Source of the DNA: Myxococcales bacterium
Lineage (GTDB): Bacteria > Myxococcota_A > UBA9042
Length of the DNA stretch: 21,576 nucleotides
NCBI GenBank assembly: GCA_037441385.1
Contig: JBBISH010000109.1
Location: 1 to 21,576 of the forward strand
Reading direction: 5' to 3'
Below the pieces are notes generated by a model that ran no database searches, had not been told where the DNA came from, and saw only the letters and a list, made by a program, of their open reading frames with translations. The translations under genes and the position numbers were made by a program. Shown piece after piece: positions 8,779 through 16,367 of the stretch (its first letter is position 1; each line of letters starts with the position of its first letter).

Positions 8779-8841
8779 CAAATCGATCTACGGCGTACCC
8801 AGGTGAAATTGAGCATGATTTCCTGGACCCCTTTGGACCGA

Positions 8842-10335
8842 TCAGCCACCCAGGGCGCCCAGCCGCGCCAGCCCCTGCAGGTCGGGATCGCTGCGATAGG
8901 CGACGTGCAGGGCGCGGGTCGTGTCGGCCGGGGTGACGGTGGTGCGGCCGGCACGATCGGCCAGATCGGCGGCCAACGCTTCGGCCAGCAGCAACCGCCG
9001 CACCAACTGCCCCAGCCCGGCATCCAAGTGCCCCAGCGCCACTTGCACCGGCAGATCGTTGGCCACGATGTCGTGCAGGTGCCGAGCGGCCATCGGCTCC
9101 AGCACAATCGGCCGCCCAGCACGCCCGGCCATTTGCGCGCGCAGGCCGCGAGCCAGGTCCTGCAACCGCCGGGCATCGCTCCGCTCCCCCCGCTGCTGCA
9201 ACGCCACGGCGCGCTCGTCCAGTTGGGCCGCGTAGGTGTGCAAATCACCAAGATCGTACATGGCTTCGGGAGCTTGCAGGGCCTGAACCAGCTCACCCAA
9301 GCGGTCGGGCAAGACCAGTTCGGGTCCTTCGGCCAGCTCGGCGGCGCGCTGGTCGATGGCCGCCTGTGCCCGTTTCAAGACGGCAGCCAGCCAGCCCTTG
9401 GCATCGGCTTGGTCGGGCTCCAAGGCAAAGAACTCGTCGCAGAGACTCCACCATGCGCCCTGCGCCACCGGCAGACCCGCCGTCCACTCAAAGGGCAGTG
9501 CGGCCTTGACGGGGGCCGCGCCTTCCGCGAGCAGCGTGCGCACCTCGCCCTCGCGGCCCGGCCACGCCTCGGCCGCATCGCGGGCCTTGTCGTAGCCGTC
9601 GCAGGCCAAAAGGAGCGACACGTGCACACCGCGCGGACTGCGATGCAATCGCAAGGGAAACAGGCGACAGGCCATGGGCTTGGCGGCGCTACCGTGCTCG
9701 CGGTGGATGTCGCAAAGCCGATCGTCGCCTTGGGCCTGGCAGCGGCCGTCGTGGCCGCGGGCCATGCCAACATGCGTCACGCCAGCCACTTCCACGGTCT
9801 CGAAGAGCTCCGTCGCAGCGATGTCGCCACCCGGCCCCAAGCGCACCACGTGGTCGGCGTGGCCCGGATGCTTGCGAACCCGCGAGCCAAAGCGCAAGCC
9901 GGCGACCCGCCGCTGATCGGCTTGGGTCAGCGGTCCCAAGAACGTCGCGCCACAGCAAGTGCCCGTGCCGACGCAGGCGTGCTGCGGCGGATGCTTGCCC
10001 ATGGGCCATTGGAGCGGCTCGTCGGCGGCCGGATGGTGGCACTGGCGGGCGAACGCTTCGCGCTCCACCTGCAGCTTGATCCGAGCCTGGGCGCGCTTGC
10101 CCTGCACCAGGTACATGCGAGCCAACCCGTGAATACGACTAGTTAATTCCTCTGGCTGCAGCTCGGTCTTGCGGGCCAGCGCGGCAATCGAACCGCCTTG
10201 CGCCAGCGCCCGCACCACCCGGGCATCGACTTCGCCCAGCCGAACCCGCCGGGACAGCAAGGGATCGACAGCGAACCACTCGCCGGTCGGAGCGCGCTCC
10301 AGGTGCACATCACCCCGCAAGCGGTAGACCGACAT
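8842..10335 (-). CDS. YkgJ/FliB-like cysteine-cluster (Zn/Fe-S chelating) protein with N-terminal PqqD/RRE-like domain
   Basis: HACVGTGTCC, GRCQAQGDDRLCDIH, KPMACRLFP and a further LACDG; RBS GGAGAAG. Confidence 0.75.
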   Translation of the reverse strand: MSVYRLRGDVHLERAPTGEWFAVDPLLSRRVRLGEVDARVVRALAQGGSIAALARKTELQPEELTSRIHGLARMYLVQGKRAQARIKLQVEREAFARQCHHPAADEPLQWPMGKHPPQHACVGTGTCCGATFLGPLTQADQRRVAGLRFGSRVRKHPGHADHVVRLGPGGDIAATELFETVEVAGVTHVGMARGHDGRCQAQGDDRLCDIHREHGSAAKPMACRLFPLRLHRSPRGVHVSLLLACDGYDKARDAAEAWPGREGEVRTLLAEGAAPVKAALPFEWTAGLPVAQGAWWSLCDEFFALEPDQADAKGWLAAVLKRAQAAIDQRAAELAEGPELVLPDRLGELVQALQAPEAMYDLGDLHTYAAQLDERAVALQQRGERSDARRLQDLARGLRAQMAGRAGRPIVLEPMAARHLHDIVANDLPVQVALGHLDAGLGQLVRRLLLAEALAADLADRAGRTTVTPADTTRALHVAYRSDPDLQGLARLGALGG

Positions 10336-10513
10336 CGGCTGCTTCTCCAGTTGAGGGTCGGCCCACGCTGTGCCGAGATCCCTGCGGAACGGGGTGAGAG
10401 CCCGCGGCGAAAAGTGGTGAGGGCGCTCCCTTGGGCTGCCGCCGCTGCATCACTCGGGCCGGCGCGCGGGCCGCCAACCGGATCGACATGACCCGGCTGG
10501 CACCCGAGTTGCG

Positions 10514-11287
10514 CTACACCTTGCTCTTGTCGCCGACGTCGACGCCAATGTCCGGAATGGCGAAGTCGTCGTCGCTGAGGCTGGGCGCCTTGAGCGCGGG
10601 CGTGGAAGCCGGCGGAACCAGACCCATCTTGGCCTTGAGCGCCAGCAGGGCGTCCGACGGGCCCTTGGTCTGTTCCAGCTTCTTGAAGCGGTCTTCCAGG
10701 CTGGCGCCCGAGATGTCGGACGAAAGCTCACCCGCCGCGGCCGCCTCGGCCTCCATCTGGTCGACCTTCTCGCTCATGCGACCAAAGGCATCAAAAGCCG
10801 AGTTGTCGTTCAGGCCGGCCATGGTGTTCTGGATGGTCTTTTGCGCCTCGGCGCGCTTGGCGCGGGCGATCATCAGATCCTTCTTGCGCTTGGCCTCGTC
10901 GATCTTCTCGTTGAGCTGGACCAGGGACGAGCGCAGCGCCTCGGCGGCCGCTTTCTGTTGCTGCCACTGGCCCTTCCATTGCTCGGCGAGCTGGGCTTCG
11001 CTCTGCTGACGGCTCAGCGCCTCTTGGGCCAGACCGTCGTCGCCGGCCTGCACCGCGAGCATGGCCTTGCGCTCCCACTCGGCGGCGTTCTGCTGCGAAG
11101 TCAGCATCTTGGCGTACAGCCGCTTCTCGTCGGCGATGGCGACGGCGACCATCTTCTTGGCCTCGATGAACTGGTCGCGCATGTCGATCAGCAGCTGATT
11201 CAGGATCTTCTCGGGGTCCTCGGCCGCGCTGACCATGGAGTTGATGTTCGAGCGCAGCAAGAGGCCGATACGGTCAAAAATGCTCAT
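10514..11287 (-). CDS. pspA: PspA/IM30 (Vipp1) family protein
   Basis: True start MSIFDRIGLLLRSNINSMVSAAEDPEKILNQLLIDM at 11287 (RBS AAGGAAAG); coiled coil; AFDAFGRMSEKVDQMEAEA; LEDRFKKLE. Confidence 0.95.
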   Translation of the reverse strand: MSIFDRIGLLLRSNINSMVSAAEDPEKILNQLLIDMRDQFIEAKKMVAVAIADEKRLYAKMLTSQQNAAEWERKAMLAVQAGDDGLAQEALSRQQSEAQLAEQWKGQWQQQKAAAEALRSSLVQLNEKIDEAKRKKDLMIARAKRAEAQKTIQNTMAGLNDNSAFDAFGRMSEKVDQMEAEAAAAGELSSDISGASLEDRFKKLEQTKGPSDALLALKAKMGLVPPASTPALKAPSLSDDDFAIPDIGVDVGDKSKV

Positions 11288-11339
11288 GATACTTTCCTTG
11301 TAGCGTAGAGTTTGCCGTGGGTTGCGGGCGGTGCCGGCA

Positions 11340-11741
11340 TTAGTCCTTGAGCAGTCCAAGCAGCTCGTCGCGGTGGTCGACGATCGCCAGGCTGAGCGAG
11401 TCGATGGCCGCCACGAACTCGTTTTGGTCCAAATTCTCCAGCTGCATGACCTCGACGGCGACGACGGAGCTGCCTTCCAGCGCGTAGGCGCCTTGCAGCA
11501 TGTCGGTGGCGTTGAGTTGCAGCAGGCGGCCGTACAGCGCCGCGCGCTTGGTGTCGCCCAGATTGGCGGGGATTTCGGCGAGCTTGACGCGGAAAACCAC
11601 CAGCGGATCGGACACATGCACCACGATTTGCGCACCGCCCCAGCTGGGGTCGTGCAGCAGCCAAGTGGTCGAGCCCGCCTGCTCCGACGGAATCTCGCTC
11701 GAAATTACGTAGTTTTCAAAATCGTCCAACGTTCGCGCCAT
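11340..11741 (-). CDS. CesT/Tir-chaperone-like (YbjN-like) protein upstream of pspA
   Basis: Start MARTLDDFENY at 11741; 133 aa and acidic; LVVFRVKLAEIP..LYGRLLQLNATDMLQGAYALEG..LENLDQNEF fits this fold; CesT-PspA operons are known. Confidence 0.75.
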   Translation of the reverse strand: MARTLDDFENYVISSEIPSEQAGSTTWLLHDPSWGGAQIVVHVSDPLVVFRVKLAEIPANLGDTKRAALYGRLLQLNATDMLQGAYALEGSSVVAVEVMQLENLDQNEFVAAIDSLSLAIVDHRDELLGLLKD

Positions 11742-11969
11742 GTCGGAGCCCCAACGCAGCTGCACCGCGCAGCCAAAAATCCGTCTGCAAACGGCGGCGA
11801 AGACCACCACGGCTCCGCCCGTGCCGCTGCCTATCCGGCGAGTGTAGGGGCGCGCTGGCCGTTTCGCAACCATGCCTTGCCCGCGCAAACACTTGGTCAA
11901 ACTTGCTGTGGGCGGGCCCGCGCAGTAGCCTGCGGCAGGCGCCGAAGGCGCGGCAAGAGGTCTGGAACG

Positions 11970-12839
11970 ATGGCAAAAGACAAAGCACGGCCCGCGACCG
12001 GCACCCGCTACGACAGAGTGCTGCTCGGGAGCGTTTGTGCCGCAATTCTAGGGAGCTGCCAGGTCGCACCTCCGCCGCCCCCGGGCCCGGTGCCGCTGGC
12101 CCAAGTGCTCGCGGCGGTCCAAAGCGAGAACAAGGCGTTCGAGGATCTCTACGCCACGGGTCCAGCTTCGGCGCAGGCATTGGGCGCCCTGAATGGCAAG
12201 CTGCAGTCCGTTGGCTACTTTCGCCGCGTGCCCACGCAGCCGGCGACCGAGTTGCTCCAAAGCGGCCTGAGGCGGCTCGCGGCGCAAAAGGGCTTGGTGG
12301 TCAAGTCGATCGAGGTTCAGGCCCCGGCCGAGCGCCCCGTGCCGCCGTCGCAGAAGTTGGCCCCCGGCGAGCGCTGGCAGCCGCAGCTGGACGACTTGCG
12401 CGGCGTGTTGCAGCTGCGCATGGATCTCGTCGGGGCGCCCAAAGACATTGCGGCGTACATCGACTCACTGCCCGAGCAGGTCGACCGTTTGGTGGTGGTC
12501 ACCGAGCGCGAGACCTTCAGCAACGGCGCGATCTTGAAGCTGGAAGCCTACTTCGAGCGGCAACTGCCGGCGCCCGAAGTGCAGGTGAGCTGGCCGACTC
12601 TGGCGGACCGGCTGCGCGCGGCAGGCTATGCCGAGGGCGATCCAGCGGTGCAGAGCGCACCGGAGTACGCCAAGCTGAAGGCCCAGGTCGAGCTTGGCCA
12701 AAAACGCCTGCCCGACGTGCGGCGCTTGGTGCAAATCAGCGCCGACTTCCCGCGCTGGTTGCTCCGTTGGCAGTTCTTTGAAGAGCGCGGCCGGGCCGAG
12801 ACCGCCGTGCACGGCAGCCAGGTCATGGGCCTGAAGTAG
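11970..12839 (+). CDS. Hypothetical lipoprotein with PilO/GspM-like domain
   Basis: Start MAKDKAR at 11970; lipobox LGS-C; LRRLAAQKGLVVKSIEV...LRMDLVGAPKDIAAYIDSL..RLVVV resembles the PilO ferredoxin-like core. Confidence 0.65.
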   Translation: MAKDKARPATGTRYDRVLLGSVCAAILGSCQVAPPPPPGPVPLAQVLAAVQSENKAFEDLYATGPASAQALGALNGKLQSVGYFRRVPTQPATELLQSGLRRLAAQKGLVVKSIEVQAPAERPVPPSQKLAPGERWQPQLDDLRGVLQLRMDLVGAPKDIAAYIDSLPEQVDRLVVVTERETFSNGAILKLEAYFERQLPAPEVQVSWPTLADRLRAAGYAEGDPAVQSAPEYAKLKAQVELGQKRLPDVRRLVQISADFPRWLLRWQFFEERGRAETAVHGSQVMGLK

Positions 12840-13138
12840 CGCTACCCACAGCAGAATCTAGAGACCAGACCAATTACAGTACACTCGTTCAGCTCTTGGA
12901 TGTTCTGGTCAGGTCTCTCGCTGCTAGGTGGGTCGCAGGCTCGCCCGGTGGTGACTCGCCGCTCCAATTCCGACGGGTCCGGCGCGGCGAAGAACTCAAA
13001 TTGATCCGCTCATATCAGTTCCGTCCGAATCGGATCGAAAACTCGGGCAATTCTCTGGGCCCGAACCGGGGTCCCCGCCTGATTCTCGCCAGTTGCACAA
13101 CGGGTCAGAAGAAGCGTATAGGCGTGAATCAGGTGGGG
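12839..13138 (+). ncRNA. Candidate highly structured non-coding RNA of unknown family
   Basis: Long hairpin 12839-12936, four-way junction 12944-13070 with three inner hairpins, long hairpin 13073-13138; G-U wobbles favour the + strand; fills a convergent intergenic gap. Confidence 0.6.
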
Positions 13139-13147
13139 TGCGTATCA

Positions 13148-14404
13148 CTAGAACTGAATCAGGACACCGCCGGTACCCGGAGCGTACTGCGGCGAGGCGG
13201 GCTGGGCGGTCGGCGCCAGGGCATAGGCGGCGGCCGAGCCACCCACCACGGCGACCACGATCGTCCAGAACCACCAGCGCTTGTAGATGGGCTTGGCCTG
13301 GACTTCGCCGGGCACGTCGGGCGCGACGATGGTGCGCGGCTTGAGGACCTCGTCGACCATCTTGTCGATCTGCTCGCGGGTCTCTTTGTCGCGATTTTCC
13401 CATTTGATGTCGCGGGTGACCTGGTTGATCACCTGGCGACTGTCCAAGTTGGCCAGCGCCATCTCGACGCGCATCTTTTCGCGGGTGCCACTGGCGCGCA
13501 GGAGCAACACGTACGGAGTGCCGGTCAGACCGCCCACCGAGCTGAGCGAATCAGGGCTGTTCTCGCCGGCCACGACTTTGATCAGGCCCTTGGCGACCGA
13601 GTCGAACGCCACTGCGCGCTGGGCGGCCTCTAGCCGCTCGTCGACGACTTGGCCGGCCTTGTCGATCGACACCTTGCGCGCCTTGCGCTTGAACCCTTGC
13701 TTGCTGATCGCGATCAGCTGGTCGCCCTTGGTCGAGGTAGCGAAGGTGGGCGTCAGGCCCATGTAGCGGCCGTTGACGTAGACGCGGGCGTTGGGCGGGT
13801 CGGTGCGGATCTCGAAGTCGACTTCTTCGCGGCCCGACACGTTCTTGCGCGCCGTGTCGAGCGCGGCCTGCGCCTTGGGCGAATATTCGGACACGTCGAG
13901 CGGCGTCTTCTGGTCGGCCTGGACCGCCTTTTCAAAGTTCTTGGCCGCGCCCTTGGGGTCGCCCGACAAGAACAGCGCCGCGCCGAGCAGCGCCATCGTC
14001 TTGGGCACTACGGTGGAGTCGCTAAGGACCGCGTAGGCAATCAGGTAGTTGCCCACGGCGTTGTCAAAGTCTTCGGCTGCGTCCTCGGCGTTGCCGGCTT
14101 TGAGCTTGGCGAGGCCAGACTTGACGAGTTGTTCGGCCGTCTTGGCACTGGACGTCTGGATTTCCTCGCCGCCCAAGTTGAGCGCGGCATCGAAATCGGC
14201 GTAGCGTACCTGCTTGCTTTTCTTCAGGGCCCGCGCCGTGTCGAAGGCGATCTCGCGCGTCGCCGCCTCTTCGGGCGACAGGTCGATCAGCGACAACAAC
14301 ATGCTGTCGTCGGCCGCAGCGGGCCGCGCCACCGTGCCGCCCAGCAGCATCAGCAGCAGCCACGCCGTGGCGCGCAACAACGCAGGTGTCCGGAGCATGG
14401 GCAT
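13148..14404 (-). CDS. PEGA-domain / TPR-like exported protein with C-terminal membrane anchor
   Basis: Start MPMLRTP at 14404 (RBS GAGGAAG); signal peptide ending AAA-DD; TPR-like helices; PEGA FEIRTDPPNARVYVNGRYMGLTP; C-terminal KPIYKRWWFWTIVVAVVGG. Confidence 0.85.
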   Translation of the reverse strand: MPMLRTPALLRATAWLLLMLLGGTVARPAAADDSMLLSLIDLSPEEAATREIAFDTARALKKSKQVRYADFDAALNLGGEEIQTSSAKTAEQLVKSGLAKLKAGNAEDAAEDFDNAVGNYLIAYAVLSDSTVVPKTMALLGAALFLSGDPKGAAKNFEKAVQADQKTPLDVSEYSPKAQAALDTARKNVSGREEVDFEIRTDPPNARVYVNGRYMGLTPTFATSTKGDQLIAISKQGFKRKARKVSIDKAGQVVDERLEAAQRAVAFDSVAKGLIKVVAGENSPDSLSSVGGLTGTPYVLLLRASGTREKMRVEMALANLDSRQVINQVTRDIKWENRDKETREQIDKMVDEVLKPRTIVAPDVPGEVQAKPIYKRWWFWTIVVAVVGGSAAAYALAPTAQPASPQYAPGTGGVLIQF

Positions 14405-14490
14405 CTTCCTCGCAGGTCCCCGCGGACGGGACCGCTGCATTGTGAGGCGAAGCGGCCGGATTGTCCAACGGATAGCCGCGGACTCGGGGA

Positions 14491-15681
14491 CTACTTCCAC
14501 GCGGTGCCTGCGTTCCACAAGCCCGAGAAGTAGGCCTTGAGGTCGCTGACCGCCTGATTGTTGCTGAACTTGGCGCCAACTTCGTGGTACGAGACAAAGC
14601 CGCCATACCCCCAGTTGTTGCTGCCCAGGACAACCGTATTGTCGACAATCAAGAACTTGGCGTGGGTCACTTGGGCGGAACTGGCCACCTTGACATCGGC
14701 TCCCAAGCTTTTCAAGTAGTTGGCCGCTGCCTGGTTGATGCTGTCGCTGCCGTCGCCGGGCTCGTAGCTCATGTCCAAGACGACCTGGACGGTAACGCCG
14801 CGCTTGACCGCCGCGCCGATCTTGCCCACGGTCTTGGTGACGACCGAGCCCGTGTCGCTGGGGTCCACGTTCATGCCGTAGGTGCAGAGTTGGATGGTGC
14901 TGCCCGACTTGGCGGCATCCAGCGCCGCCCCGGCCAGGGCCGCGTAGCCGCCATCGGCGTAAAGTGTGGCCACGGACGTGCTGCCCGAGGGCATGCTGAC
15001 GTTCAAGTTGGGCGTTTTCCAAAGCTTGTCGAGCCACGTGTGCAGTTGCCCAGTTAGACCGGCGTCGCGCACCAAGATGTTGGTCTCGTTGTTCTTCTCG
15101 ATGGACGAGCTGGACCAATTGGTCGAGCCGATGACAAAACCCTGCTCGCTGGCGACGATTTTGGCGTGGGTGCGCAGCTTGTTGCTGTCGATCATCACCG
15201 TCACACCGGCGGCTTTCAGGGTCGCCATGGTGGTCTGGTTGTAAGTAACCTCTTGATCCAGCAAGACCTTGACATCAACACCGCGGTTCTTGGCGGCGAT
15301 CAGCGCTTGCACCAGATTGTCGGGCGCGTAGCCGATGCCCGTCTCGAACTGGACGATGCGAAGCTTTTGCTGCGCGGTCTGGATGACCTCGTTGGCGCGG
15401 CTGAAGTATTTCTTGTTGGTGACGAGCTCGATGGCCGGTCCCTGCGACAGGGTACTGGCCGGCGGTTGCCCCTGAGTGTCGGCGCCGGGGGCCGGGCCGC
15501 TGTCGTCCCCGCCAGTGCCATCGGCCGTGGCGAAGCTGCCCGAATTGTTGCCCGTCGCCGCGGGACAGCCCGGCAGCAAGGCCAGCAAGAAGAGGAAGAG
15601 CAAGGCGAATCGCCGCCAGCGGGGCTGACGTGGCGAGCGATCGGACAGTGGGGAAAGTACGGAGGGGGCGGCGCGGTCCAT
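14491..15681 (-). CDS. Phospholipase D-superfamily lipoprotein (two HKD-type domains)
   Basis: Lipobox LPG-C; THAKIVASE..IGSTNWS..NNE and THAKFLIVD..LGSNNWG..YHE. Confidence 0.9.
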   Translation of the reverse strand: MDRAAPSVLSPLSDRSPRQPRWRRFALLFLFLLALLPGCPAATGNNSGSFATADGTGGDDSGPAPGADTQGQPPASTLSQGPAIELVTNKKYFSRANEVIQTAQQKLRIVQFETGIGYAPDNLVQALIAAKNRGVDVKVLLDQEVTYNQTTMATLKAAGVTVMIDSNKLRTHAKIVASEQGFVIGSTNWSSSSIEKNNETNILVRDAGLTGQLHTWLDKLWKTPNLNVSMPSGSTSVATLYADGGYAALAGAALDAAKSGSTIQLCTYGMNVDPSDTGSVVTKTVGKIGAAVKRGVTVQVVLDMSYEPGDGSDSINQAAANYLKSLGADVKVASSAQVTHAKFLIVDNTVVLGSNNWGYGGFVSYHEVGAKFSNNQAVSDLKAYFSGLWNAGTAWK

Positions 15682-15759
15682 GCTCCGCAGCTTGCCTGAC
15701 GCGGCCGTTGCGGCGCAAGGGGGAAGCGGCGCAGCGCCGGCCGGCTCCAGCGGGCGAAC

Positions 15760-16167
15760 TCAGGCGGCGGGGAGCTTGTCCTTGCGGAAGCGCTTGGCCA
15801 GCGCCTCAAGCCGGTCGAGCAACTCGTCGATCAGGAAGGGCTTGTCCAGGTGATCGTCGGCGCCGTAGAGCGGGGCGGTCATTTCGTTCAGGTTGGGCCC
15901 AATGGCGGTGAGCATGAGGATGCCGACATCGTCGAAGTCCCGGCGCGAACGGAGGGTTTTGCAGACTTCCCAGCCGTTCATCTGCGGCATCATCACGTCC
16001 AGCACGACCAAGTCGGGCTTGTGGCCCAGGGCCGAGCGCAAGGCTTCCTCGCCGTCGTACGTGAGCGCAATGCGGTAGCCCGCCGACGTGAGTGTTTTGC
16101 GCAGAAGACCGGCGATTTCAAGGTCGTCTTCGGCCACCAACACGTGAATGCCATTGTCTTTGGGCAT
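15760..16167 (-). CDS. Stand-alone response regulator receiver domain protein
   Basis: Start MPKDNGIHVLVAEDD at 16167; PDLVVLDVMMPQMNG (phospho-Asp), MLTA, GADDHLDKPF; no output domain. Confidence 0.92.
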   Translation of the reverse strand: MPKDNGIHVLVAEDDLEIAGLLRKTLTSAGYRIALTYDGEEALRSALGHKPDLVVLDVMMPQMNGWEVCKTLRSRRDFDDVGILMLTAIGPNLNEMTAPLYGADDHLDKPFLIDELLDRLEALAKRFRKDKLPAA

Positions 16168-16367
16168 GTCGCAACGCTCGCAAGCGCCCGCGGCGGGGCG
16201 CGCAGTTCGGATGGGTCGGGTGGCGGCAGCGCCGGCCCGCTGGGGCGAGTCTGCAACAATCGTCCGCGGAATTGAAGCGGGGAGGTGACGCAGACGGGCC
16301 CGGCAAGGCGGAAGTCCGCGGCCCGGTGCAGGGCGTGCGGAGCCGGCGCAGCAAGTCGCAGGTGGCG

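Noticed and set aside
11288..11635. N-terminal extensions in ORF-track calls for pspA (also PEGA, receiver, rplU and PilO-like genes)
   Set aside because: The extensions overlap neighbouring genes or lack coding character; downstream ATGs with RBS and/or family-typical N-termini fit better.
11742..11969. Sigma54 promoter for cesT-pspA
   Set aside because: No convincing TGGCAC-N5-TTGC on the minus strand.
12900..13120. SRP-like words GGTCAGGTC and TCAGAAGAAGC; hammerhead-like CTGATATGAG on the minus strand
   Set aside because: The full SRP helix-8 motif (CAGG-GNRA-AGCA) and the hammerhead core (CUGANGA…GAAA with stems in the right order) are not formed.
12839..13138. Retron msr-msd, IS/MITE or CRISPR interpretation of the structured region
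   Set aside because: No reverse transcriptase, transposase or cas gene in the window; no enclosing terminal inverted repeats, target-site duplication or repeat-spacer periodicity.
12896..13633. ORFs crossing the structured intergenic region (12896-13633 +, 12996-13403 -)
   Set aside because: They overlap the PEGA gene, have atypical codon usage and show no recognisable protein features.
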